In this document: positions 1-13,262 of the stretch, piece by piece
Layout: each line of letters begins with the position of its first letter
Numbering within the stretch: the stretch's first letter is position 1
From: Tetramitus jugosus
Taxonomy: Eukaryota; Protista; Heterolobosea
Assembly: GCA_937625935.1 (NCBI GenBank)
Contig: OW569346.1
Span: 62,001 to 126,000, forward strand
Length of the DNA: 64,000 nucleotides
Reading direction: 5' to 3'
Notes under the pieces: model-generated
Seen by the model: only the letters and a program-made list of their open reading frames with translations
Database searches by the model: none
What the model was told of the DNA's origin: nothing
Translations under genes and position numbers: made by a program

Positions 1-12
1 AACAACAAGCGA

Positions 13-3000
13 ATGAGAGAAATGTTACCTCCACCTCCTCCTCCATCATCATCACAGTCATCACAGTCATCATCTTCACAACTCATCAACAAGAAGAGAC
101 GATTGACATCATCAGTAGGAGTAGATGATTCATCATCATCAACTCATCGTTCCACCAATGATCAAAGTAGAAATAGCAGTAGTAGTAGAGATTATAGGGG
201 TAGTAGTCATAGTAGTAGTAGTAGTCATAGTGGTGGTGGTGGTGGTAGAATTCGAAATGAACGAGATGAAGATGAAAGTTGGAAGCGCACTCCTGTTCAT
301 CGATCCTCTTATCATGATGATGATGATGATCATCATCAACGCAGTAGTAGTGGTAGTAGTAGACGTGCGCAGATGAGAGGTGATCGATATAGTACGAGAG
401 ATGTTGCGAAAAGCAGTAGTCGAGATGGTAGAGATGATCGACCATCCTATGGTGACTATAATAGGAGATCATCTTCGCATCATTATCATCACCATCATCA
501 CCATCCATATTCTAATGATTCTAGTGATCAAAGTGACAAGTATAGTATGCAAAGAAGTAGCAGTAGTAGTTTTAGAGGTGATGGAAATCGAAATCGAGTT
601 GATGCGACTCCAATCTCCACGCCGAGTCATCGTTATAATCGATGGGAACAAAGTCCTCATCACAACAAAAGACATCGAAATGAAAATTCCCGCGATACTA
701 ACAATAGTAGTGGTGGTAGTAGGAATCGAAATGTTGCTGGATGGGAAGACGATGAACAGACAGATGAAGAAGAAATGTTGGCGGATGATGAGTTGAACCT
801 GAATTGGTATGGCGCTGAAGAGTCGGACGCCACAGATTTAACAAAGCAAATCTTTGTTGGCAATGAAGAGAAAATGAGGAAGAGGGAAGAGGATTATGCA
901 AAGAGAACAGGAGCGTACAAGGTATCTGCTCGAAAGAGTCAAATGATCAAAGACAATGACGCATGGGAAGAGAATCGAATGAGACAGTCTGGTGTGGTTA
1001 GAAATCGAGAAATTGACATGGATTTCAACGAAGAAGATGAAAACAAGGTTCAAATTATAGTTCATGATGTGAAACCGCCATTCTTGGATGGTGACATTAG
1101 TTTCACATCACAAAGTGAACCGATTTATCCTGTTGCTGATCCTACGAGTGATATGGCTGTCATGTCACGTAAGGGTAGTTTGTTGTTGAGAGAGGTGAGA
1201 TCTCAACGAGAGAGAATGAAGGCTGTGAAGGCAAAGTTCAAATTATCAGGAACGAGTCTTGGTAAAATTTTGGGCATCAAGGAGGACAATGCTGCCGACG
1301 ATACGACCCAGAGCATTTCAGACAACACAGCACGTGCCAATATGAGCAATCAAGAATCAGACTCGTATGCAGTGATTCAACAAAAGCGAAAAACATTGCC
1401 CGTGTATCAGTGTCGTGACGAACTGTTGCAAATTATTCGCGAGAATAATGTGATTGTGATCGTTGGTGAAACGGGATCGGGCAAAACGACTCAACTGACA
1501 CAGTATCTCCATGAGAGTGGATTTACAAAGAATGGCAAGATTGGGTGCACACAGCCTAGACGTGTCGCTGCCATGAGTGTCGCAAAGAGAGTGAGTGAAG
1601 AAATTGGATGCAAGTTGGGATCGACAGTTGGCTATTCTATTCGTTTCGAGGATGTCACATCAGACGAAACACTCATCAAGTACATGACAGATGGTGTCTT
1701 ATTGAGAGAATCTCTGCATGATCCTGATTTGGATCAGTACAGTGCCATTATTATGGATGAAGCTCATGAGAGATCTTTGAACACTGACGTCTTGTTTGGC
1801 ATATTAAGAAAGGTGATTGCAAAGAGACGTGATTTGAAATTAATTGTCACATCAGCCACCATGGATTCCACAAAATTCTCCAACTTTTTCGGCAACGTTC
1901 CGGTCTATACAATTCCAGGCCGAACGTTTCCTGTTGATGTATTATACACGAGAGCGCCAGTGTCTGATTATATTGAAGCATCTGTTAAACAAGCGCTCTC
2001 GATTCATTTGATGACACCAACAGATGGTGATATTCTAATATTTATGACTGGTCAAGAAGACATTGAGGTTACATGTTATGTGCTCGAAGAACGGTTCCGC
2101 AATGCAATAGCCGAAAATGAAGGTGATAAAAGTATAGAAGACAAGATGAACCTTCATATCTTGCCCATTTATTCTATGCTGCCATCTGAATTGCAAGCTA
2201 GAATCTTCGAAAGATCAGCACCAGGACATCGTAAATGTATTGTCGCCACGAACATTGCTGAAACGTCTCTGACTGTTGATGGAATTTATTACGTGATCGA
2301 CTCTGGATTTTGTAAATTAAAAGTCTTCAATCCAAAGGTTGGAATGGATGCACTCCAAGTGTACCCTGAGAGTCAAGCAGGAGCAAAGCAAAGAGCTGGA
2401 AGAGCTGGGCGAACTGGTCCTGGAACGTGCTACAGAATGTTTACTGAACAACAATACCAAAAGGAGATGTTACCGAACAATATACCTGAAATCCAGAGAA
2501 CAAACCTTGGCAATGTGATTCTGCTACTCAAATCACTCGGTGTAGAAAACTTGCTGGAATTTGACTTTATGGATCCACCACCTGAGGACAACATGAAGAA
2601 TTCAATGTATCAATTGTGGATATTGGGAGCCTTGGATAACAACGGTTCTCTCACTAGAATTGGAAGACGCATGATTGAGTTTCCCCTGGATCCACCTCTT
2701 TCCAAAATGTTATCACATGCCGATGAACTTGGATGCACCAATGAGATTTTAACAGTTGTGTCCATGCTGTCTGTTCCGACCGTGTTCTATCGACCAAAAG
2801 ATCGAGAGGACGAGAGTGATGCAGCACGAGAGAAGTTCCAAGTTCCGGAAAGTGACCACCTAACGCTGCTCAATGTTTACCAACAATGGAAGATGAACAA
2901 GTACAGCGCATCATGGTGTGCCGAGCACTTTTTGCACTACAAAGCCTTGAGAAAGGTACAGGAGATCCGAACACAGATTGCCGATATTCTGCATAAAAGT

Positions 3001-3486
3001 CACATCGACCTCGTCAGCTGTGGATCCAACTGGGACGTGGTTCGAAAGGCCATTTGTGCTGGATACTTCCACCATACTTCAAAGCTCAAGGGTATCGGTG
3101 AATATGTAAATATGATCACGGGAATGCCTTGCCATCTACACCCGACAAGTGCCCTGTATGGTATGGGATTTACTCCAGACTATGTGGTCTATCATGAATT
3201 GGTCATGACAACCAAGGAATACATGCAATGTGTGACAAGTGTGGACGGCAACTGGTTAGCAGAGTTGTGTCCAACATTCTTCAGTGTGAAACGATCTCAT
3301 GTCACCAGGGAGGAAAGAAGGAAGGTTGCCCGAGACTTAATACAATCAGAGACTCCACAACGGGAAACACCTGGATCTGTGGGACGCAGTGGAGCTCAAC
3401 AGACACCAAGCACCAACCCACTATCATTTGGAACCTCTGTGAGAGCTCCAACTCCAAGAAGAACACCCAGAAGATTGGGTCTGTAA
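13..3486 (+). CDS. PRP16: Pre-mRNA splicing DEAH-box helicase Prp16/DHX38
   Basis: Motifs [18 protein letters not shown] and QRAGRAGR; Prp16-typical [19 protein letters not shown] segment and C-terminal TPRRLGL; Ser/His/Arg low-complexity N-terminus. Confidence 0.96.
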   Translation: MREMLPPPPPPSSSQSSQSSSSQLINKKRRLTSSVGVDDSSSSTHRSTNDQSRNSSSSRDYRGSSHSSSSSHSGGGGGRIRNERDEDESWKRTPVHRSSYHDDDDDHHQRSSSGSSRRAQMRGDRYSTRDVAKSSSRDGRDDRPSYGDYNRRSSSHHYHHHHHHPYSNDSSDQSDKYSMQRSSSSSFRGDGNRNRVDATPISTPSHRYNRWEQSPHHNKRHRNENSRDTNNSSGGSRNRNVAGWEDDEQTDEEEMLADDELNLNWYGAEESDATDLTKQIFVGNEEKMRKREEDYAKRTGAYKVSARKSQMIKDNDAWEENRMRQSGVVRNREIDMDFNEEDENKVQIIVHDVKPPFLDGDISFTSQSEPIYPVADPTSDMAVMSRKGSLLLREVRSQRERMKAVKAKFKLSGTSLGKILGIKEDNAADDTTQSISDNTARANMSNQESDSYAVIQQKRKTLPVYQCRDELLQIIRENNVIVIVGETGSGKTTQLTQYLHESGFTKNGKIGCTQPRRVAAMSVAKRVSEEIGCKLGSTVGYSIRFEDVTSDETLIKYMTDGVLLRESLHDPDLDQYSAIIMDEAHERSLNTDVLFGILRKVIAKRRDLKLIVTSATMDSTKFSNFFGNVPVYTIPGRTFPVDVLYTRAPVSDYIEASVKQALSIHLMTPTDGDILIFMTGQEDIEVTCYVLEERFRNAIAENEGDKSIEDKMNLHILPIYSMLPSELQARIFERSAPGHRKCIVATNIAETSLTVDGIYYVIDSGFCKLKVFNPKVGMDALQVYPESQAGAKQRAGRAGRTGPGTCYRMFTEQQYQKEMLPNNIPEIQRTNLGNVILLLKSLGVENLLEFDFMDPPPEDNMKNSMYQLWILGALDNNGSLTRIGRRMIEFPLDPPLSKMLSHADELGCTNEILTVVSMLSVPTVFYRPKDREDESDAAREKFQVPESDHLTLLNVYQQWKMNKYSASWCAEHFLHYKALRKVQEIRTQIADILHKSHIDLVSCGSNWDVVRKAICAGYFHHTSKLKGIGEYVNMITGMPCHLHPTSALYGMGFTPDYVVYHELVMTTKEYMQCVTSVDGNWLAELCPTFFSVKRSHVTREERRKVARDLIQSETPQRETPGSVGRSGAQQTPSTNPLSFGTSVRAPTPRRTPRRLGL

Positions 3487-3797
3487 ACAACAATTTTCAC
3501 TCCTCTTGCTCGGCCAAGGAAGTTTCATCATCCTGTTGTAAAAATTTCGCGATCTGCTCAATATTCCTACCACTTGACGAAAAAAACATGGACATCCAAT
3601 CCCGCCATTTTTTCGTAAGACTTTGCGAAGAAAAAATTTCCTCTCACACAACACAAATCATTGTCGAATCCTCACTCAGTCCAGAAAGCTTTCCCATCCT
3701 TTTTTGTGTGTGATCAACAACAACCAACCAAATCAAAAAACTAAAAATTTGTATAACATACACACTCTCACCTACTAGTAGTAAATAAGACAAGAAA

Positions 3798-5626
3798 ATG
3801 AGTCACATGATGGTACGTTATCAACTTGATGCAAGCTTTTTTGCACCACCACCAACACCACCAACACCACCAACACCACTCAAAAAAATGAGAGCAATTT
3901 TATTGGTGAAAATCACACAAATGCAAGAGCTTTAGCTAACACCACTCTCCTCTTTTTTGTATTTTTCATCTCTCTCTCATATCGATAGCAACCATCTATC
4001 ATTCTGTTACGTGACGGTACAGATTCATCACAAGGAACAGGTCAACTCCTCACAAACATCAATGCCTGTCTCGCTGTGGTCGACGTTGTGAAAACTACGC
4101 TTGGACCAAGGGGCATGGACAAGTTGATACACGATGGCAGATCACCTACCATTAGTAACGATGGTGCCACCATTGTCAAATTGCTAGACATTGTTCACCC
4201 AGCTGCCAAAACATTGGCTGATATTGCCATGTCTCAAGACAGTGAAGTTGGTGATGGCACAACCAGTGTCATGGTGCTTGCTGGAGAGTTTATGAAACAG
4301 GCCAAGCAATTCATTGAAGAAGGTGTTCATCCACAGGTCATTATCAAGAGTTATCGCATGGCATGTCGATTGGCACTGGAGAAATTGATGGAATTGTCCA
4401 TTGATATCACAAAAAAGTCTGAACAGGAACGAAGACAAATTCTGGAAAAGTGTGCTCAGACTTCACTGTCCTCCAAGCTCATTGGTGGCATGAACAGAAC
4501 ATCATTTGCCACCATGGTCGTTGATGCAGTGACTCAGTTGGACGAGGACCTTGACATTAGTTTGATTGGTATCAAGAAGGTGCCTGGTGGTGCCATGGAA
4601 GACTCTATGCTCGTCAATGGTGTAGCCTTCAAGAAGACTTTTGCCTATGCTGGCTTTGAGCAACAACCAAAGAAATTCACCGATCCAAAGATTATTCTGT
4701 TGAATATCGAGTTGGAATTGAAGGCTGAGAAGGATCAGGCAGAGATCAAGATTCAAGACCCAGACCAATATCAGTCCATTGTCGATGCCGAATGGAGAAT
4801 TATTTATACCAAGTTGGAGAAGATTGTGGAGTCTGGAGCCAAGGTTGTCCTCTCCAAGTTGGCCATTGGTGACTTGGCCACTCAATACTTTGCAGACAGA
4901 GGAATCTTTTGTGCTGGAAGAGTGCCTAATGATGACATGATCCGTGTCAGCAAGTCCACTGGTGCCAAGGTGCAAACCACTGTCAACAACATTATTCCAG
5001 AGGTCATGGGAACATGTGCTCAATTTGAAGAGAGACAGATTGGTAGCGAGAGATTCAATTTCTTCACTGGCTGTCCACACGCCAAGACTGCCACCATTAT
5101 TCTGAGAGGTGGTGCCGAACAGTTTATTGCTGAGGCTGAGAGATCACTCCACGATGCCATCATGGTTGTCAAGAGAACATTGATGAACACATCGATTGTT
5201 GCTGGTGGTGGTGCCATTGAGATGGAATTGTCCAAGTATTTGAGAGATTACTCCAGAACTGTCAGAGGAAAGTCTCAATTGATCATCAATGCCTATGCCA
5301 AGGCATTTGAAGTGATTCCAAAGACCTTGTCTGAGAATGCTGGATTCGATGCCACTGATATCTTGAACCGATTGAGACAGGCCCACGCCACTGGAAACAC
5401 ATGGTACGGTGTTGACATAAATAAGGAGGATGTAGGTGACAATTATGAGAACTTTGTGTGGGAACCAACTCTGATCAGAAGAAATGCTATTGCTTCTGCC
5501 ACTGAGGCTGCTACCTTGATTTTGTCTGTCGATGAGACCGTGAAGAACCCACAAAGTGAACAACAAGACCATCAACAAATGCAGGCCCAAGCTGGTGGTA
5601 TGCGTCCAATGGGTATGCCACAATAA
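3798..5626 (+). CDS. CCT7: Chaperonin CCT/TRiC subunit eta; exons 3798-3812 and 3989-5626
   Basis: Motifs [17 protein letters not shown] and [11 protein letters not shown]. Intron 3813-3988 (GTACGT..GCTAAC..TAG) joins MSHMM to [16 protein letters not shown], the expected N-terminus. Confidence 0.96.
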
Positions 5627-5680
5627 ATTGAAATCAATTGTTACAATAATAATAATCAACATCAAATAAAAAAAGAAAGT

Positions 5681-8600
5681 TTACAACATTTGCAAGGACC
5701 TCAGCACTTGGTAGGCATCCTTGAAGTCTGGTGCATTATAATCAACTTCATTTCTTGGGAAGCTCTTCTGGTACACCTCAAGAAGTTGTTGCTTTTTGGT
5801 TGGATTTCTACGAGTCCAAGCTGTCAGTATCTTCAATTTAGGCAGAAGAGCGTTCTTGGACTCTGCCAAAGTCAGAGACTCCTTGAAGAGATTATCCACT
5901 TCTTCTGTCGTCCCATGCCCAACACTCAGTTCAGCTCTCTGTCTCAACAATTCCACTGTCAGGTTCTTTTGATGTGATTGGAGACACTTGTCGATGACGG
6001 TATTCATCTCCACTACCAACTGTTGCTGTTCGACTGCTAGTGGGTTGCACCGAACATATAGCAGTACCATTTCCAGCAGAATATAGTAAACGATCAAATT
6101 AGGTTGCGTCATTGATTCTAATTGTTTTAGGTTCTCTTGAACTGTGTGGATGATTTTAAGCATAGACCGACCAATCTCAGATTCTTTGGAGTGTCTATCA
6201 TATGTCACAGGCTCCTGCAACAATCTCTTTTGCTTTTCCAACTCAAAGATATTCATGTAATCACTGTATATTCGCAGTATGAGATCAAACTCTCTTTCGT
6301 TCCCTCTCTTGGATCCTTGCATCAATTGCATCAACCGCTTTAATTCAGAGAAATTCCTCCGTATAATATGTGCATACGGAATAAAGAGGAAGAAGACTTC
6401 TCGGGTTCGTATATTCTCCCATTGAAAAGCAATTGTTTCGGCTCGCTTCTGAAACAAAGCACTCTTGTTGAGATATCCGAGAATAAGTGATGCCCGGGCT
6501 GCGTACAAACTGAGCATCACACCAAAGTCGACATTTTGGTAGGATGTGACACTAATTTCGTGGAATCTATCTGGATCACAAATGTACTGCTCGTATCCTC
6601 TTTCTGCGTAGTTCATCACAGTTTCAAAGTCACCAGAGGAGTATGAAGTCATACATCGGACCAAACAGAGAACAATCTTCTTCGCATCGTCGTTGCATAC
6701 TCTGGCTAGTTGTTCGAGCTTATCCGCATAAACAACCATTAGTTGATGATTGCTGTGGACCATAGAGTCAAACCACGATTCGTATCTGATGTCAAACACT
6801 AACTCGTGATCGTCATCGCAATACAGCTCTGCCATCCTAATTTCATCAGAGAGTTGAGGGGATGCAATTGATAACACCTCACGTAACGTGCGAATTAACC
6901 AGAATCGAGTCCTAACTTGCTCTGATCTCCACTCTTTTTGGTCATATTCTGAAGAAAGATCTTCGAGTATGGTGAGTTTTCTTCTAAGAAGTGACATTGC
7001 TCTCTGGTAGTCAAAGTTCTTGTGTAAATAGGAGATAGATACCGTGATGTAATGAAGTTCCCTCTTCAACAATGAGATCTTAGTAATTGAGTCAACGTGT
7101 ATCTCTTCACTATTCATTTTTACATAGTAGTGCGCACTTGCCAGATGATACGCAATTTCTACACAAGATCTTTGATATCTTTCAGGAGGTTCTGATGTTG
7201 ACAGTCCGCATTGATGGCACTCACTGGTGACAAAGTCGCTCAAATATTCAGCAATCTTTAGATGAGAGTCTCTCTTAAGACTACCATTTACCTGGGCATA
7301 ACACAACTCCCTTGTGACACTCGAAGAGAATTCAAATGATTGATCATGATCTACAACAAGATCAGGTGCATTTAATGAATGTCGTATCAAACCTCTGGCG
7401 ATGAGATCATTCTTTATGATCTTCAAAATCTTGTCATCCGAGTAGTCATCTTCAGGAAATATTGCGCTTAGAGTTCGAAAAGCAAATATCTGGCCTATAA
7501 CAGAGGCGACCTTGATCACTAGATTCGATCCAGAATCCAGCTTGTCAATCTTTTGTTGAATAATAGCATTGGTTGTTCCGGGCATATCCCTAAGAACAGA
7601 CCGATAATCTATCATACCCTTTTCAAAATGAAGAACATCGCTCAACACAGAGATGTATCCTCTTTCGAATAAGTAGTTATAGCTAGAATAAATCAAAAGT
7701 GGATTGCCTCCAGTTCTTTCATACACGCTATCGAGAAGCTCACTACTGACGTACGTACAGTGAGCATAGGATTTGAGAATTTCTTCCACTTGAGATTTGT
7801 TGAGCGGTGCCAAAGTGATGACTGCTTCTGCAGTTTCAAGAAGTTGTTCCGTGTCATTGTCGCATTCTCCATCATCTCCAAGTATTAAAATGTTTATGGT
7901 GTTTCCACATTGAGAATTCTGGATGATTCCTTGAGTCACTATCTTGGATAACTCATCAAAATACTGATAGTTGTCAAAGATGAAGACAGGGAATCCAGAT
8001 CCATGCGATCCCTGGATATAACTGAGAATAGAGCACCATATCTTCGCTGATAGTTCATTTCTATGATGTTGGTCCAATTCTTTCATCTGGATCGTTTCTG
8101 GAAAATCTACGTTGTACATTGTATTGAGAGTGGCGACGTAGGGTAAATGATCAGCAGATATCCAACTCAACAAAATTTCTTTCTTCTCTTGGGTGGTCAT
8201 TCTCTCTGCCATCTCAACAGCCGTAGTAAAATCCGGGATGCTCTGTTTGGTGAACTTAATAGAAACGATCACATATTGAAGAAGTGGATAATATACGTGC
8301 AATGGAGTATTCTTCTCAATGTCCACCCCACAGAGGTAGAAGTGAGTGAATTTGTCCTTATCTTCACGATTGAATAATTGAGAAACGAAAAAGGTTTTCC
8401 CTAGTCCCGATGAACCACGAATGACTATTACATTACCCTTCATTTCTTCTCCTGACCTCTGTTCAGAAGCTCTTCTTAGATTTCTATCGATTGCTCCATT
8501 CAGCATCTCTAAGTCTAATTCTCTTCCTACAATTATCGAAGGAGTAGCATCACGAGAGTTAGGAGAACCAAACAATTGAAGATTATGATTTCGATTCTCC

Positions 8601-10254
8601 TGTACAACTCTACAGATCTGTAACTTCTCTCTTTTTCCTTTTAGAGATACTGGTTCCATCTCTTCAAATGTGATCTGCTTACCACAGAGTTCTGCTGTTT
8701 TCTTGTCTACAATGATGATCCAACCACCATTCTTTTCTGACAACTTCATCAAGCGAGCAGCGGTATTGGCAACATCAGATATCACAGAGAAATCACTCCG
8801 AATATCGGATCCTATCTGACCAAAGAAACAATTGCCAGAGCTAATACCTCCGCCGAGAAGAATATCAAAAGGTCTTAATAGATCCAATATTTTCATTACA
8901 CACTTAATAGCACGATATGGATCATTGGAATGCGCAATGGGATATCCGAATGCTACTGCCAGTATAGCTCCTTTTTCATCTTGCAGGAAGTTTACAATCG
9001 TCCCCTCAAGACGATGTATTATCTCTTGAGCATGCTTCATTGTCAAAGAATAATCTCGAAGCCTTTCTTCTTCGGTTGCATATTCAGTTCGGTCGTGCAT
9101 CGAAATGAATCCGATAGTCGCGTATTTCATTTCAGATAAATATCGAGCTTGGTCTGCGTCAATCTTATTCTGCACATGAGAGTCGACGAATCGCCTCATT
9201 AGAGGCTCTAATGATGATTTGATGTAAATCAGAGGAATTGCTTTCTTAGGTACACTCACCTTTAGTTCCTCAACAAGATAGTTTCCTAGTGTTGTTCTGG
9301 ATACGTCCACAACATTTGATAGTTTGTATTTTTCAAAAGTGTTTTTCGATATTAATAGTTGACCTGCTCCTGACTCATCAACCGCGGTATTCAACTCACT
9401 AACGGTGAACCAAATGTATAGCGTAGCCAACGGTCATTGTATCCAGCAATATCAAATGTAATTAGAGTTCCCGCTGCAATGGCACAGTGCAAGGTCAATA
9501 GAACATTGCCAGCTTGAAATCTTCCGTATTGCTGCTGTACATCGAGTCCGCAGTGAATAGTTCTTTGCAATAGTTCCAACAATGATTGCTTTTGATCATA
9601 CCAAACACATATCATTGCATCTCCTGACCATTTTTCGACATCCCCACCGTGTCCTGTGACCACATCAACCAACAAACTAAAGTATCCATTGACATACTTT
9701 GACATAACTTCTGCTCCATGTTCGTGTTTGGACAACGATTCGGTCAATGAAGTAAACCCACTAATATCAACAAATAAAACTACAGAGTCCCTGTAGTACA
9801 TCCGAGGAGCGAATTCAATACTTTCTTTTCCGTTCTGCTCTAGCAGTCTTTGTTCCAGATTGCTCATCAAGAATTGAGAACAATAAACTGCCAATCTTAG
9901 TGAGTTATCTGGATACAACATTGCAAATCTTTGAGACTTGCTCTTCACTGGTTGCATCTTGATAAGACTGTTTAAGCTTCCTGTTTGGAGAATTCTCTTC
10001 GTTGATTGTTCACTAGGCAACGATCTTTGTTCATCACGTTGGATAGGGACGACCTGATTTCTCTTCCCAAATATCATGACACCAAATGTCGATTCCTGAG
10101 TTGATGTACTATCGTTGGAGGCATTGTCATCAGTGGACAAAGCTGTTTCTTTCTCTCCAATAACAACTGTTTGAACAACATATTTTTTATTGTTGTCCTG
10201 ACTTGCAACTTTCTTGACCGAAGAACGATAGCAACCAACACATGAATTGCCCAT
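5681..10254 (-). CDS. Soluble-type (ADCY10-like) class III adenylyl cyclase with STAND/AAA NTPase and helical tail; split by a frameshift at about 9397-9399
   Basis: ORF 9391-10254 carries cyclase domain 1 (FVDISGFT, SGDAM) and an N-terminal MGNSC acylation motif. ORF 5681-9430 carries domain 2 (DEKG, NTAARLM) and P-loop GSSGLGKT. The frames join as GSPL(V)ELNTAVDESGAGQLLIS. Confidence 0.88.
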
Positions 10255-10411
10255 GATTTCTTCTTCTTCCGTGTTTCTACAAAAGGTTCGTGCACTGGCG
10301 TAAAAAGCAACTCACACGGCAATTCGCGATTGCTTGAAGATGGTCTCTTGCATGATCATCGTAAATATGCGGTACATTGATTTGAGGTTTTTATCCGCTG
10401 TTGGGATGAGC

Positions 10412-12679
10412 TCATTTATCTTCAATGGAATGACAAAATCGAACAAAAGTGTCCGAAATGACCATGATTCTTACCGCTGTTTCAAGCTTATCGAACACTG
10501 TCAAATCTCCACAGGACTTTTCAATCACAGCCAACTCAGCATTAAGCAAATTGCCTGCCAGGTTCAGCGGAGAGACACCCGTTGGTTTCAAGAACTGTTC
10601 TACAATCTCGTGCTGGAAGATGGCTCTCTCGTGCACAGACTTCAATGACTTGTAGTGTTCTATCCCTTGCAAGAACAAAAAGTTCTCTTCTGACGCTTCA
10701 GATTTACAGAACTTGTGGAACTCGTCCCTCGTTTCATGATTTCTCATCATCTGATCGAATTTGACTTGATCAGCGAGCTGTAAGAGCTGCTCTTGACGCT
10801 TGTTCAACGTCTGTATCAACTCATGTTGCTCCTTCATGTTTCTGACAACGACAACATAACAATTGACAACTCTGTCGTCATCCATAAACAAACGAACAGT
10901 ATGACATGAGATCTCGACAGGCAAAACAGCAAACGAGGTGTACACACTCGTGTCCAAAGTACTATTGGTGTCGGCGAGCCCAGCCAAGTTGTCCATCAAT
11001 GTCTCACCACTCAAATCCTTGAATAAAGCTGAAATGTTCATGTTGTTCTCAACATTCTTTGCAGAGTAACCTAGCTTGGAATAGAAAGACTGATTCGCAC
11101 TTAGAATCACTCCTGTTTCAGAACTGACTGTGAGAATGAAATCGGTCATGGCATTCATGATTGATCTCGATTTTTGTTCTTCTACAGCGACCTTGTCTAA
11201 TAGGCGGATCAACAGTGCGTGGTCACTCGCCAATTTTCGCTGTGAAGCATCAAGTGCTTTTAGCATACTATTTACACCTCTTGCAAGAGAAGAGATTTCT
11301 GTGCCACCTCTCGGTATATTCACTCGTCTCGTAATATCATTCATTTGTCGAATCGATAGAACACTACTGCTCAATTGAACTACAGGTCCAACTACCACGA
11401 ACTCAATGAACAGAGTAACGACAATGGAAATGATAAGAACGACCAAACAAACCATTCCATAGCTCCATCCAAATGATTTCAATCCCAACAGATTAATGTA
11501 ACGTTCTACGTCGGAACGAACAACAAGAACATTGGCTCCTAAAATGTCAGTATAGACCTGATATGATGCAATACGAGGATTCGTAGTGGGTTCATCCCCC
11601 ACATCATTTTCGCGCCAGCACTCTCGAGCGGACAAGCGCTGCCCATTTTTAGCATCGAATGGGGAAACACGAAACGGTTCATCATGGAACCATTCACTAG
11701 TTTTGACACTTGACTGCGTTCCCAGGGTGTGATTCAAGGCCTTTGTAGATATCACCGAGGTGACAGATGGATCAGTGCCGAACTGATCTCTCGTATAAAA
11801 TGAGATACACATCTGAACGCTGCTGCTCACTTCCTTTGTCTCATTCTCCACATATTTTGCATAGACCAGCATGCCGACCGGATCTGGGAAATCTGGTGGA
11901 TACGTCAGCAATGCACTCGTCACTCTGAGCAATCGACCAGAAGCCATCATCAATCCACCATTTCCTCTCAACGTATCATTCATGTAGTCCAGAGAAGACA
12001 AATCGAGTGGATGACCCTTTGTTATTTGTGACAACTCTTGGGGCAACTCCAATGTTTCCAACGTATCCAGATCATATCCCAAATAACTCAACACATCACC
12101 ACTCATGTTGTAAAAAATGACAAAATTGACCTTGTGAAACGATTGGATGTACTCTGGATAAAAATTCGTTTCCAAATAAGTGTCCATCAACTCACTTGTC
12201 CTATTCACACCATTGCTCTGTATAATGGCATCATTCAACGACTGAACTGCATCACACGTGTCTGTCCACTCTGAATAATCTTTACTTGCAGCCAATTGAT
12301 GAGTCAAACTCTCATAGAACACTCTAGTAATTCTCTTGTTGGATTCTGACATGACATTCCTCTCCAACTTGTAAAACGATGTGAGGAAAATGGAGAGGAG
12401 AACAGCCAAGAACAAGCCCATCATTGCAAAAAACAAGAGCACCAATATGCACAATGTTTGTGACCGAATACTCCTTATGCTAGCCACTAGTGAACTCTTT
12501 GAGCAATTTTTAGATTTGCTGTCACTGCTGTGGTCATCTCCACCACCGTCAGCATCGTCATGTGCCTGTAGATCATACAGGGAAGTACCCGTGAGTGTAG
12601 AATTGGTTCGAGCTAAAAAGTTTAGTTCGAACGATATGGACTTATCCTTGTTGTTGTCCTTTTTGTTTTTGACTGTCAT
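10412..12679 (-). CDS. Two-TM sensor: CHASE4-like extracellular domain, HAMP, PAS-like and C-terminal RGS domains
   Basis: TM1; DYSEWTDT (CHASE4-like DWA/S-W-D motif); TM2; HAMP (GPVVQLS..GTEISSLARGVNSML); PAS-like ILSANQSF..LGYS; RGS (FHKFCKSEASEENFLFL..PLNL..DTFVRF). Confidence 0.8.
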   Translation of the reverse strand: MTVKNKKDNNKDKSISFELNFLARTNSTLTGTSLYDLQAHDDADGGGDDHSSDSKSKNCSKSSLVASIRSIRSQTLCILVLLFFAMMGLFLAVLLSIFLTSFYKLERNVMSESNKRITRVFYESLTHQLAASKDYSEWTDTCDAVQSLNDAIIQSNGVNRTSELMDTYLETNFYPEYIQSFHKVNFVIFYNMSGDVLSYLGYDLDTLETLELPQELSQITKGHPLDLSSLDYMNDTLRGNGGLMMASGRLLRVTSALLTYPPDFPDPVGMLVYAKYVENETKEVSSSVQMCISFYTRDQFGTDPSVTSVISTKALNHTLGTQSSVKTSEWFHDEPFRVSPFDAKNGQRLSARECWRENDVGDEPTTNPRIASYQVYTDILGANVLVVRSDVERYINLLGLKSFGWSYGMVCLVVLIISIVVTLFIEFVVVGPVVQLSSSVLSIRQMNDITRRVNIPRGGTEISSLARGVNSMLKALDASQRKLASDHALLIRLLDKVAVEEQKSRSIMNAMTDFILTVSSETGVILSANQSFYSKLGYSAKNVENNMNISALFKDLSGETLMDNLAGLADTNSTLDTSVYTSFAVLPVEISCHTVRLFMDDDRVVNCYVVVVRNMKEQHELIQTLNKRQEQLLQLADQVKFDQMMRNHETRDEFHKFCKSEASEENFLFLQGIEHYKSLKSVHERAIFQHEIVEQFLKPTGVSPLNLAGNLLNAELAVIEKSCGDLTVFDKLETAVRIMVISDTFVRFCHSIEDK

Positions 12680-13262
12680 GACCGTAAGTGTGTTTTTGTT
12701 GTTTTTGTTGCTTTGGCTTGGATTTCGACTAAATGTGATTTGGTATTATTCTGAACTAATAATGGTGCGCAGTGAGTGCTGTGTGTGGGGATAGCTTAAT
12801 GTGTGTTGGTTGGCAAGAATGAACTCTGTGTCTCTGTTGTGGTGTGGTGTGCTACGATGGTTGCTCGAGTGTGGCCATCAGGAAGAGTTCATTCTCGAGG
12901 AAATCGGAGTGTGTGATGTTCAGGGGAGAGCTCTCTTTGTCAAAACACACACATTTTACCTATTGCGTCGATGTTCAATGTTCTTCGCGCACAACGGGGA
13001 GTTAAAAAAATATTTTTTGAGCTGACGTGTGACAACCACAACTTGGAACATTCTAGGCTTGTGAAAAAGCGTTGAACTTTTACGGTTCTCTCCGCACCAC
13101 TTTCGAGAGAGACTTTCCCGCTAGCCGTTGCCCCCCCTTTACAATTCAACAGTTCCGGCTACGGTTTGTGAAAAATCATTTTTCTACCCAACCGAAGAAG
13201 CAAGTTTTCAACCAAAAACAACAAAAACAAAACAACACTAACTGACTGATTCATCAACTAGG

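Noticed and set aside
86-1065. Many short overlapping ORFs over the PRP16 5' region, and antisense ORFs over CCT7, OPLAH and CASP
   Set aside because: These are shadow frames caused by trinucleotide low-complexity sequence and codon bias.
3845-3879. (CACCACCAA)n tandem repeat and other CAA/CAT/GA microsatellites
   Set aside because: These are ordinary simple repeats in introns, UTRs or low-complexity coding DNA; there are no spacers, so not CRISPR, and not a telomeric array.
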